Made by a program: the position numbers and the translations under genes
The notes under the pieces: model-generated
The model's database searches: none
What the model saw: only the letters and a program-made list of their open reading frames with translations
What the model was told of the DNA's origin: nothing
Shown: one piece after another, positions 42,226 through 50,295 of the stretch
Numbering within the stretch: position 1 is the stretch's first letter
Layout of the letters: every line of letters begins with the position of its first letter
Origin: Bacillota bacterium
GTDB lineage: Bacteria; Bacillota_I; Bacilli_A; RFN20; CAG-288
DNA length: 64,000 bases
Direction of reading: 5' to 3'
Assembly: GCA_036830315.1 (NCBI GenBank)
Contig: DAISOU010000001.1
Location: forward strand, 14,437 to 78,436

Positions 42226-43083
42226 TTATTCTCTGTCCTTGAGATGAAGAGGAACGTTTTCGATAATCTGCTGCAGAGAAGAAGGCAGACGTTTACGGCA
42301 TTCTTCGATCATAAAAGAAGGAATAGAACGATAGTAGGCACTAGCTATAGCGCAGGCCATCGCACCGATTGTATCGGTATCACCGCCGATATAGTTCACC
42401 CGTCTTAGACAGTCTTCGAAATTCTTGGATGAGAGGAAACAGTAAAGAGCCTCAGGAACACTGGTCTGACAGATCTCGCTATGTTCGTAATTCTTTCTCA
42501 GCTCTTCCAAGTCGAAATTGATATTGTAATTGCTGACAGCAATCTTTCTAAGATAGGAAAGGTCCTTGCCCTGTAACGAATGATAGATCAAAAGCGACAC
42601 AACCCGGGCCGCCTTCATTCCCTCATAGTGATTATGAGTGACTTCTGTGACTTTGTCAGACAAACGGATGCAGTCGTCTTCGTTCTTAGCAAAGTATCCG
42701 ACACTGCTGACTCTCATGCCGGCACCGTTTCCGCAGGAATTATAGGCTTCGGCTTTAGGATTATTGAGCCAGTCCTGGAATCTAGTCCCATATCCTCCTG
42801 ACTGACAGACATAATCCCTTGAGAACTGACGCATTGTCTCACTGACATCTTTTTTCTCCAGCAAGGCAGAGGCGATGGCGCAGGTCATTATGGTGTCATC
42901 GGTATAAGCGGAGGAAGAAGAGAAAAGAGGAAAATCAAAGCTTTCAGGCTTATTTCTGAAGACCGGTGAAAACTCATAGGCTGAACCTACGATGTCACCG
43001 ATAATAGCACCATACATCAATGTGTTTCCCATTTTCTTTTGCCTCATTGTTTTTATTGTATCATCTTTATTCTTTTTTGACAT
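42226..43083 (-). CDS. ADP-ribosylglycohydrolase family protein
   Basis: GAIIGDIVGS, YTDDT, SCGNGAGMR, GGDTDTIGAMA. Confidence 0.9.
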   Translation of the reverse strand: MSKKNKDDTIKTMRQKKMGNTLMYGAIIGDIVGSAYEFSPVFRNKPESFDFPLFSSSSAYTDDTIMTCAIASALLEKKDVSETMRQFSRDYVCQSGGYGTRFQDWLNNPKAEAYNSCGNGAGMRVSSVGYFAKNEDDCIRLSDKVTEVTHNHYEGMKAARVVSLLIYHSLQGKDLSYLRKIAVSNYNINFDLEELRKNYEHSEICQTSVPEALYCFLSSKNFEDCLRRVNYIGGDTDTIGAMACAIASAYYRSIPSFMIEECRKRLPSSLQQIIENVPLHLKDRE

Positions 43084-43158
43084 TTATACTCTTTGATAAA
43101 AACAATGTCTTTTTAATCAAATTACTTTACAATATTATGGTATTAAGGAGAACATCTC

Positions 43159-44145
43159 ATGGAAAACAAAGAAGCTTACCGCCAGTATGAAGAAGAACTT
43201 CTAAGAGAAAGAAAAGACAAACTCTCGACTTTGAAGAAGGCATATGAGGACCAAATTAATCTGAAAAACAAGGAAAGACTGACCTGTAAGGAACAATATG
43301 TCAGAGAAAGAAGACAGATCATTAATAATACTTCTTCATCTCTTTGTGAATTAAAGAAGAGAAGAAGAGAAAACAATGATGAATGGATAAACTCCAAAGT
43401 ATTGACTGATAACCTGGAAGAAAAGAAACCGCTTACCAATGAAGAATTGGCATTGAAAAGAAAACAGGAAAAGCTTCCCCGTTATACAAAAGGAGAAGAA
43501 ATCTTCAACTCCGTCACTCATATGGTGGGTGGCGGATTCGGTGTCATTTTTCTTGTAGTCGGCATCGTCTGTGCCGTCATCTTCAAAAATGATCCAGTGA
43601 CAGTGACTTCAATGACTGTCTTTGGCATCTGCTCCGTCTTCCTCTATACGATGTCTTCAATCTATCACGCTCTTCACATCAACAAGGCCAAGAAAGTATT
43701 TCAGATCATCGATCACTGCACTATCTATGTCCTGATAGCCGGTACCTATGTTCCTGTCTGCCTGATGCAGCTCACGCAGATCTTCCCCTACAACTATGTC
43801 CTTCTAGGATCGATTGTCCTGATGGCGGCTCTAGGTATCTCTCTTAACGGAACCATGATGGACAAAATTCCCGTCAAAATCGTCTCTTATACATTATATA
43901 TAGCTATGGGCTGGGCAATCATCTTCTTCTATCCTTATCTCGTCCAAACTCTTACCATACCTGGAACCTGGCTATTCATCGGCGGAGGCATCTCCTACAC
44001 CGTCGGAGCAATACTGTTTGCCATTGGCAAAAACGTTCCTTATTTTCATTCTATCTTCCATCTGTTTGTCAATGCCGCCACCCTTCTTCAGTTCCTGTCA
44101 ATCCTTCTCTACGGCATAATATTCCCCGCTTTGGGAATGATCTAA
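43159..44145 (+). CDS. Hemolysin III/PAQR family membrane protein with N-terminal coiled coil
   Basis: EEIFNSVTH, SSIYHA, DHCTIYVLIAGTY, HSIFHLFV. Confidence 0.88.
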   Translation: MENKEAYRQYEEELLRERKDKLSTLKKAYEDQINLKNKERLTCKEQYVRERRQIINNTSSSLCELKKRRRENNDEWINSKVLTDNLEEKKPLTNEELALKRKQEKLPRYTKGEEIFNSVTHMVGGGFGVIFLVVGIVCAVIFKNDPVTVTSMTVFGICSVFLYTMSSIYHALHINKAKKVFQIIDHCTIYVLIAGTYVPVCLMQLTQIFPYNYVLLGSIVLMAALGISLNGTMMDKIPVKIVSYTLYIAMGWAIIFFYPYLVQTLTIPGTWLFIGGGISYTVGAILFAIGKNVPYFHSIFHLFVNAATLLQFLSILLYGIIFPALGMI

Positions 44146-44161
44146 GGAGAAAAGTACAATT

Positions 44162-44200
44162 GAAAGCAATTCTTAGTATCTGAAAGAATTGCTTTCTTTT
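44162..44200 (+). terminator. Rho-independent terminator
   Basis: GAAAGCAATTCTT/AAGAATTGCTTTC followed by TTTT. Confidence 0.75.
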
Positions 44201-44314
44201 TGTTTTTCATTTTGAATAGTTATAGTTTTGCTATTTAATTGTTTCAAAATAAAGCATTTGCAAGCCTTGTCTTTACTCGATATAATCCAAGAGTAAATAT
44301 AAGGAAGGTTATCT

Positions 44315-45583
44315 ATGGTCATTACTTTTGTCGTTGACATGTTTGGTTCCACAAATAACGGAACCACTGTCACTTGTATGAGAACAGCCAAAGTCCTCAG
44401 AGAACTTGGAAATGAAGTAAGAATAATCGCTCACGTACCAGAGATCCACGATGATCTTACCGGATTCAAAGTCCTGAACTGCAAGATGTTCAAGTTCCCG
44501 ATTTTTCAGCCTCTTATCGAAAAAAACGGCATGACCTTTGCAACCGGAGATGAAAAGCAAATAGCGGAATTTATCCAAGGCTCTGATATCGTCCATCTCT
44601 TCACACCGTTTTCTCTGGAAATCAAAGTAAGAAGAGTCGCAAATGTCCTAAATATTCCTGTCACATCGGCTTTTCATGTTCAGCCTGAAAACGTCTCCTA
44701 CAATATCAACATGGGGAAGATCAAAGCCGTCAATTCTCTCGTCTTCAAGATCTTCAATTCCATGATGTACAAGCACACGAAGTTTGTTCATACGCCAAGC
44801 AAGATGATGAGAGACATGATGATGCTCCACGGATACAAGAACAATATCTTCCCGATTTCAAACGGTGTCTCCGAATATTTCCGTCCTCTGTCTGTTCCTA
44901 AGCCTGAGGACCTTCAAGACAAGTACGTCATTTTGATGATAGGAAGACTGTCCCGTGAAAAAAGACAGGATCTTATTTTCAAAGCCATCGGCCATTCTCA
45001 ATACAACAGTCAGATTCAGCTGATACTCTGTGGTAAAGGACCGATGAGAAAGAAGTACGAAAAGTACTCAAAGAAGTACCTGAAGAATCCCTGTCGCTTT
45101 GAATTCATCTCCCAGAAAGAACTCCTTGATGTCATCAACTATTCCGACCTCTATATTCATAGTTCCGACGCTGAAAGCGAAGCCATTGCCTGCATCGAAG
45201 CTTTTTCCTGCGGAAAAGTCCCGATAATATCCGACTCCAAAGTCAGTGCCACCAACAGTTTTGCCCTCGATTCAAAATGCCTCTTCAAAAACGGAGACTA
45301 CCAGTCCCTTCAAAACCGAATCGAGTACTTCATCGAACATCCGGAAGTCAAAAAAGAACTGAGTCCCAAATATATCGAATTCAGCCGCCAGTTCTCACTC
45401 AAAGCCTGTGTCAGACAATTGGAGCAGATGTTCATTCTCTCAATCAGCGACTATAACCGAGAACAGGAAGAGCATACGGTCTTCTTCACTTCCCATCACG
45501 AAAGAAGAATGTTGAAGAAAACGGCTAAGAAAATAGGCGTAAGCTATCAGCCGCCGGTTCTAATCGAAGAAAAAGCTATCTAA
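44315..45583 (+). CDS. GT4 glycosyltransferase (possible glycolipid synthase)
   Basis: NNGTT, IGRLSREKRQ, ESEAIACIEA (EX7E). Confidence 0.85.
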   Translation: MVITFVVDMFGSTNNGTTVTCMRTAKVLRELGNEVRIIAHVPEIHDDLTGFKVLNCKMFKFPIFQPLIEKNGMTFATGDEKQIAEFIQGSDIVHLFTPFSLEIKVRRVANVLNIPVTSAFHVQPENVSYNINMGKIKAVNSLVFKIFNSMMYKHTKFVHTPSKMMRDMMMLHGYKNNIFPISNGVSEYFRPLSVPKPEDLQDKYVILMIGRLSREKRQDLIFKAIGHSQYNSQIQLILCGKGPMRKKYEKYSKKYLKNPCRFEFISQKELLDVINYSDLYIHSSDAESEAIACIEAFSCGKVPIISDSKVSATNSFALDSKCLFKNGDYQSLQNRIEYFIEHPEVKKELSPKYIEFSRQFSLKACVRQLEQMFILSISDYNREQEEHTVFFTSHHERRMLKKTAKKIGVSYQPPVLIEEKAI

Positions 45584-45609
45584 AAAAAAGCAGCCTCGGC
45601 TGCTTTTTT
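45582..45609. terminator. Bidirectional terminator between the GT4 gene and tRNA-Arg
   Basis: A8-GCAGC-ctcg-GCTGC-T6. Confidence 0.8.
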
Positions 45610-45617
45610 AAGTTTCA

Positions 45618-45695
45618 TGGTGCTCCCAAACGGATTTGAACCGTTGGCCTACCGCTTAGGAGGCGGTCGCTCTATCCAGGCTGAGCTACGGAAGC
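45618..45695 (-). tRNA. tRNA-Arg(CCT)
   Basis: Hand-folded cloverleaf; anticodon loop CTCCTAA, T-loop TTCAAAT, encoded CCA. Confidence 0.95.
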
Positions 45696-45758
45696 AAGTA
45701 GGCTTATTATAGGCTAACAATTAAAGCTTAACAATAACTATCTTATTAGTTTTTGCTC

Positions 45759-46880
45759 TTAGTTATCAGCTTTTTTCTTCTTGTCCTCATATAAAAGTTT
45801 ATCGGTGATCATTATCGCCTCTTCAAAGGGAAGAGGGTTGTCTTCCAAAGACAGTGAACCATAACTGAAGTTGATTTTTTCCTTGCCGGGATCAAGATTG
45901 GCATTCTTAGTGATTTTGTTCATTATCTGAGAAATACTTTTTCCGTTTCCGACCTGACAGATCAAGACAAACTCATCTCCGCCGTATCGGGAGACAAACG
46001 ATCTTCGGCTGACGGATTTTACCAGAGCCTGACTGAGTCTTATCAGTGCCTGGTCACCTTCCGTATGACCTTTTTCATCATTGATCCTTTTAAAATCATC
46101 GATGTCGATGAAAACAAGATATGTGTTCTTCTGGAGACGGGGGTGTTTTAATCTGGCATCATAGTATTTTTTGAGTTTGAGGCGATTATTAAGACCAGTC
46201 AGTGTATCTAAAGACATATGATATTCAAAGATGGTGATGAAGTTCATGAAAAGACCTAAGGTCAGTCCCATAATGCCTAAAGGAGTTTCAGGATAGAAAA
46301 ACTGAAGAAGCATTCCAATAGCCGGATAGAGAGGAAAAGTCGAAAAGACATAAGCTTCCTTTCTGATAAAGAGATTGTTGGTCTTCTTAGCCTGATAGAG
46401 AATATAGAAGGAACCGACCAGCATATAGGCAAAGATCAAGATGAGCTGCATATAAATGAAGGGACCTCTTTTATAGGCTCCGTTATCGGTGATAGTGAAG
46501 ACATATCCTGTAAAGGGGCTTGATATTGCAAGCCCTGAAAAAACCAGGACAGGAAGAGAAAACAGAAAGCTGATAAGCTTAATGTTTTTTATCTTTGCCG
46601 GACTGGAGCTAAGAGAAAAAAGAAACCACAGATAGGATATTATGACTGACCCGATAAGATAGATAATGCTGAAGACATAGTTTCCTATAACTGAGACCAA
46701 CCCATCATTTCCATTTAGGACAATGCTCAGAATATCAGAAACACCGATTATCATTGCCATCATCAGTACAGACAATACCAAAGGCTGGCCCTTGATTTCA
46801 AAATCAGGGCTGACAGTCTTCAAAGATACAACGGCAAGAATGATGAGACAGAAGACAATGACAACTATATATGTGGTCAT
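45759..46880 (-). CDS. Membrane-bound GGDEF diguanylate cyclase
   Basis: About seven TM segments, DTLTGLNNR, FIDIDDFK..ND..GH..GD, RYGGDEF. Confidence 0.9.
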   Translation of the reverse strand: MTTYIVVIVFCLIILAVVSLKTVSPDFEIKGQPLVLSVLMMAMIIGVSDILSIVLNGNDGLVSVIGNYVFSIIYLIGSVIISYLWFLFSLSSSPAKIKNIKLISFLFSLPVLVFSGLAISSPFTGYVFTITDNGAYKRGPFIYMQLILIFAYMLVGSFYILYQAKKTNNLFIRKEAYVFSTFPLYPAIGMLLQFFYPETPLGIMGLTLGLFMNFITIFEYHMSLDTLTGLNNRLKLKKYYDARLKHPRLQKNTYLVFIDIDDFKRINDEKGHTEGDQALIRLSQALVKSVSRRSFVSRYGGDEFVLICQVGNGKSISQIMNKITKNANLDPGKEKINFSYGSLSLEDNPLPFEEAIMITDKLLYEDKKKKADN

Positions 46881-46997
46881 CCGTTTGGTCCTTTTATGAC
46901 ATTATTATACATATCAGAAATAAGTCAGAAATATTTTTTGCTCATTTTTTATAGAAAACCCTTCCTCTGGCTTAATAATAAGTGAGGAGCTAATCTT

Positions 46998-48875
46998 ATG
47001 AAAAAAGCCAAGCTTAGTTTGTTTATTCTCTCTTTATCATTACTGCTTCCGGGAATTCCTGTCATCAGACAGGAAAACGGAACCAGAAAAAACCTGACTG
47101 TCAACTCTGATTACGATACGGTCTGTGTCAAAGGCGATTTCACCCAATATCAGACAGAGAAGACCCTGCTTCCTAATGGCTACTACGGAAACTATCCCGA
47201 CGAGGGCATTGCCGAAATCGGAGGAAAAGCCGGTGATCCAAATGGAATCACCATGCCCAGTTTTTTCATCGGGACTCAATTATCCTCCATGTTTTATTTC
47301 ACATTCAGTGATGATATCAGAAATTTCAGTTCTTTTTCCGCCACGACTAAAATAGGATTCAGGATATCTTATGACTCTGACAAGGGCAAAGACCAAGTCT
47401 ATGAACTCTACAATGAGGCTAAAAAATTCAAAGATGCTTTTGACTTCCGCAATGAAGATTTCGCGTTAAGCAACATGAGAATCTATGGTGACAACTCCAT
47501 TGTCTTAAGCTATTCCATCCCGACAAAATCAGTCGTTCTGACTTTCAATTTTCAAAGCGATTATAAAATAAATTCTGTAAAACTGTTTTACGGAGATAAG
47601 CCAGAAGGTCTGGTCCGCTGTGGAATAGTCGAAGGCGGCAGCAATTTCAAGGAGAATATACTTCTTGATTATAAAGGAAATGACTGCTCAGCCAGGAAAT
47701 ATACAGAAAGCATCGGTAAGAATCCTGTCTACAGAATGAAAAGTCAGATAGGAACCGTCTATTCCAAGCACTATCTTCTCAACAGCTTCATCTACGAAGA
47801 TGACTATGACGGGGAAAAACTCCACCCGACTGTAATTCAGGATCCGGAAGACTATTTCGGAACTGGAGACAAAGCCGCTTTGGGAACTGAATTCACTTTG
47901 AAGATACAGGCAACTGACAATTCCGGAAACAGCTCTTACCTGACTTTGATCATCACTGTTGTCGACACCAAGGGTCCAAAGACGGTCCTAAGAAACAACA
48001 TACCAATAGAGGTACCTTACAATACTGACCTCCTATCAAAGGAATTCTTGGAAAAGCATTTTCTTCTCAGTGACAATAACGGCGGAGAGATCATAACTAC
48101 TATAGGCTTAGAAAACGGCTTAGAAGTACCAAAGAACCAGATCGGTGATTTCAGCTGTCTTTTAACAGCTAAGGACACCAATGACAATCAGACGACTCTT
48201 CCCTTTAAACTGAACCTCTATGACAATGTTCTCCCGGCGATAACAGCCGAGCAGGAAGAACTTAATCTCACTCCCAACAATCGTATGAGCAAAGATACCC
48301 TCTTGGCTCTTTTCACAGTGACCGATGAAGTAGACGGCAGTCTATTACCCGAAATTGTCGAGAACACCTACCAAGGAAACGAAGGGAAGACAGGAAACTA
48401 TGTCTTCAAGGTCAAAGGAACTGATAAAAGCGGCAATATGGCAGAAAAAAGCATCGTTATCAAGGTGTCGGATACTGAAGGCCCGGTCTGGTTTGCCAAG
48501 GAGTCATTTCTGACAGTGACAGAAGGTGATGTTCCGACCCTAACCCAAGTGACCGAAGCCCTGATCAGACAGAAAGTAATCGAAGATAAGAAATACACTG
48601 AAGCCGAAATCATCGAAGGCGAAAAACTGGATAACAGCTTATCTTTAGGTCTTCATCAGCTGAAACTGAGACTGACGGATGAAGAAGAAAACTCAATTTT
48701 TGTCAATCTGACGGTCAAAGTCATAGAAAAAGACAAAATCAATTCTACTGCAAAGGATACTTCTTTCTTTGCGTCAGTCTCCCTCTTCTTCACCGATATG
48801 TGGACTGAGGTCTGCAAATTTTTCCAGGACCTTTGGAAAAACATCGTTTCTTTCTTCACTGGAAGCAATAATTAG
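46998..48875 (+). CDS. Secreted/surface protein with tandem Ig-like repeats
   Basis: Signal peptide; repeats ATDNSGN...VVDTKGP, AKDTNDN...YDNVLP, GTDKSGN...VSDTEGP; aromatic amphipathic C-terminus. Confidence 0.65.
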   Translation: MKKAKLSLFILSLSLLLPGIPVIRQENGTRKNLTVNSDYDTVCVKGDFTQYQTEKTLLPNGYYGNYPDEGIAEIGGKAGDPNGITMPSFFIGTQLSSMFYFTFSDDIRNFSSFSATTKIGFRISYDSDKGKDQVYELYNEAKKFKDAFDFRNEDFALSNMRIYGDNSIVLSYSIPTKSVVLTFNFQSDYKINSVKLFYGDKPEGLVRCGIVEGGSNFKENILLDYKGNDCSARKYTESIGKNPVYRMKSQIGTVYSKHYLLNSFIYEDDYDGEKLHPTVIQDPEDYFGTGDKAALGTEFTLKIQATDNSGNSSYLTLIITVVDTKGPKTVLRNNIPIEVPYNTDLLSKEFLEKHFLLSDNNGGEIITTIGLENGLEVPKNQIGDFSCLLTAKDTNDNQTTLPFKLNLYDNVLPAITAEQEELNLTPNNRMSKDTLLALFTVTDEVDGSLLPEIVENTYQGNEGKTGNYVFKVKGTDKSGNMAEKSIVIKVSDTEGPVWFAKESFLTVTEGDVPTLTQVTEALIRQKVIEDKKYTEAEIIEGEKLDNSLSLGLHQLKLRLTDEEENSIFVNLTVKVIEKDKINSTAKDTSFFASVSLFFTDMWTEVCKFFQDLWKNIVSFFTGSNN

Positions 48876-48915
48876 TTGAAAGCCCCGGCGGTTTAGGTTA
48901 TGATTATTAATCGCT

Positions 48916-48999
48916 GGGGTTATGGCGGAATTGGTAGACGCGCTAGATTCAGGTTCTAGTGACAATATCATGGGGGTTCGAGTCCCCCTAACCCCACCA
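48916..48999 (+). tRNA. tRNA-Leu(CAG)
   Basis: GGGGTTA/TAACCCC acceptor, loop TTCAGGT, long variable arm, encoded CCA. Confidence 0.95.
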
Positions 49000-49010
49000 C
49001 ATATCAAATT

Positions 49011-49040
49011 GAGCCCTTGATTAAGGGCTTTTTTCTTTTT
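49011..49040 (+). terminator. Terminator after tRNA-Leu(CAG)
   Basis: GAGCCCTT-gatt-AAGGGCTT followed by a T-run. Confidence 0.75.
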
Positions 49041-49184
49041 TTGGCGCAAAAGTGGTACAAAATCAGTGTAGGGTGTAGGTTAAAAATCTACACCCCTTCA
49101 AAGAAAAAGCTGAGGTCCTCTTGAAATATTCCCTGCAAAGCGGATATTTCAGTCGTATGCCTCAGATTTTTTATCGGTGAGTCG

Positions 49185-49217
49185 AAAAACCGCCAGTGGC
49201 GGAATCTGGCGGTTTTT
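49185..49217. terminator. Orphan bidirectional terminator-like inverted repeat
   Basis: AAAAACCGCCAG-N9-CTGGCGGTTTTT, perfect 12-bp arms. Confidence 0.6.
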
Positions 49218-49569
49218 AGATTATTTCTAATCCATACTGAGAAGCAGAAGGCTCTTTATAGGATCCGTATTAACAATCGATATGCCCACTCGAAATACTA
49301 CCTGACATCTTGACCATTGATCTAAAAGGTCGTCATGATCAAGCGCGGCTTCTCGGTGAACAGGGCCTGGTGAAAGAGCACGATGTCTAGAAGACCTAAA
49401 TGAAAACGAAAAGACTGAAAATAATCTTTCCTTTCTTCTGGAAATTCATGATATTAATACCCGAGAATTCCTTGAATCAATAAAGAAACATCGTTTTTTT
49501 CATTGTCTAGTCTTTAAATCCAGCCTGATAAACGTTAAAATACTTTATGCCCATAAAAAGGAGCCACCT

Positions 49570-49647
49570 GCGCCCGTAGCTCAGCCCAGATAGAGCACAA
49601 GCCTCCGAAGCTTGGGGCCAAGGGTGCGAATCCCTTCGGGCGCACCA
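49570..49647 (+). tRNA. tRNA-Arg(CCG) with atypical D and T loops
   Basis: GCGCCCG/CGGGCGC acceptor, loop CTCCGAA, D-loop AGCCCAGATA, T-loop TGCGAAT, encoded CCA. Confidence 0.9.
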
Positions 49648-49655
49648 TAATTTGT

Positions 49656-49958
49656 ATGATAACTGCATTGATAAAGAAAATTCTTAACGCCATTGCCTCT
49701 ATGTCGCAAAAAGCCAGCATCGTTTATTGCTGGATTCTTACGACTTTGTTTTTCACTGCCATTGCAATCCTTCTTTCCGGAGTTATCAATCTAATGCCGG
49801 GCCATACTCCTACCTATGCGATAACGCTTTCGACTGTCGGTGGTTTTCTTTTGCTGGCTGTCACTTTTGTTATCTGTCTGACAACTATCTCTTCAAACTA
49901 TGTCAAACGAAAAGAGAAGAAAGAAAAGAAGCAGTCATCTGAAGACGAATCGAAGTAA
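49656..49958 (+). CDS. Small two-TM membrane protein between two tRNAs
   Basis: Two hydrophobic helices and a charged tail; no clear RBS, start uncertain. Confidence 0.5.
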   Translation: MITALIKKILNAIASMSQKASIVYCWILTTLFFTAIAILLSGVINLMPGHTPTYAITLSTVGGFLLLAVTFVICLTTISSNYVKRKEKKEKKQSSEDESK

Positions 49959-49974
49959 TCTTATCCTATTAACT

Positions 49975-50054
49975 GCGGACGTGGTGGAACTGGTAGACAC
50001 GTGGGACTTAGGATCCCATGAGCAATCATGCAGGTTCAAGTCCTGTCGTCCGCA
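49975..50054 (+). tRNA. tRNA-Leu(TAG), CCA not encoded
   Basis: GCGGACG/CGTCCGC acceptor, loop CTTAGGA, T-loop TTCAAGT; discriminator A followed by CGT. Confidence 0.92.
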
Positions 50055-50068
50055 CGTATTAAATGACT

Positions 50069-50098
50069 AATGTGATGCAATCTGTATCACATTTTTTT
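50069..50098 (+). terminator. Terminator after tRNA-Leu(TAG)
   Basis: AATGTGATGCA/TGTATCACATT followed by a T-run. Confidence 0.65.
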
Positions 50099-50241
50099 AT
50101 TTTACAGGGCAACGTCGATCAAGTTTTTTAATTCGAGGATGGGACGGACTGGACGTTTTTTTCTTTTTGTAGACTAAATTAAAACTTGACCTTTATTCTA
50201 TATCGACCAAAACAAAAAAGTTTTTGAATTCTTCCCATAAG

Positions 50242-50282
50242 AAAAAGCGTGCGACTGATAATCAATTAATCGCACGCTTTTT
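50242..50282 (-). terminator. Terminator after the GH81 gene
   Basis: AAAAAGCGTGCGA/TCGCACGCTTTTT. Confidence 0.8.
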
Positions 50283-50295
50283 AAAGAATTTCCAG

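Noticed and set aside
49071-49095. GTGTAGAT/CTACAC hairpin reminiscent of a Cas12a repeat
   Set aside because: Single copy, arm order reversed relative to the Cas12a stem, no cas genes
49105-49170. c-di-GMP-I riboswitch suggested by GCAAAG and the nearby GGDEF gene
   Set aside because: Lacks the GGCAAAC P1/tetraloop core and the second-stem consensus
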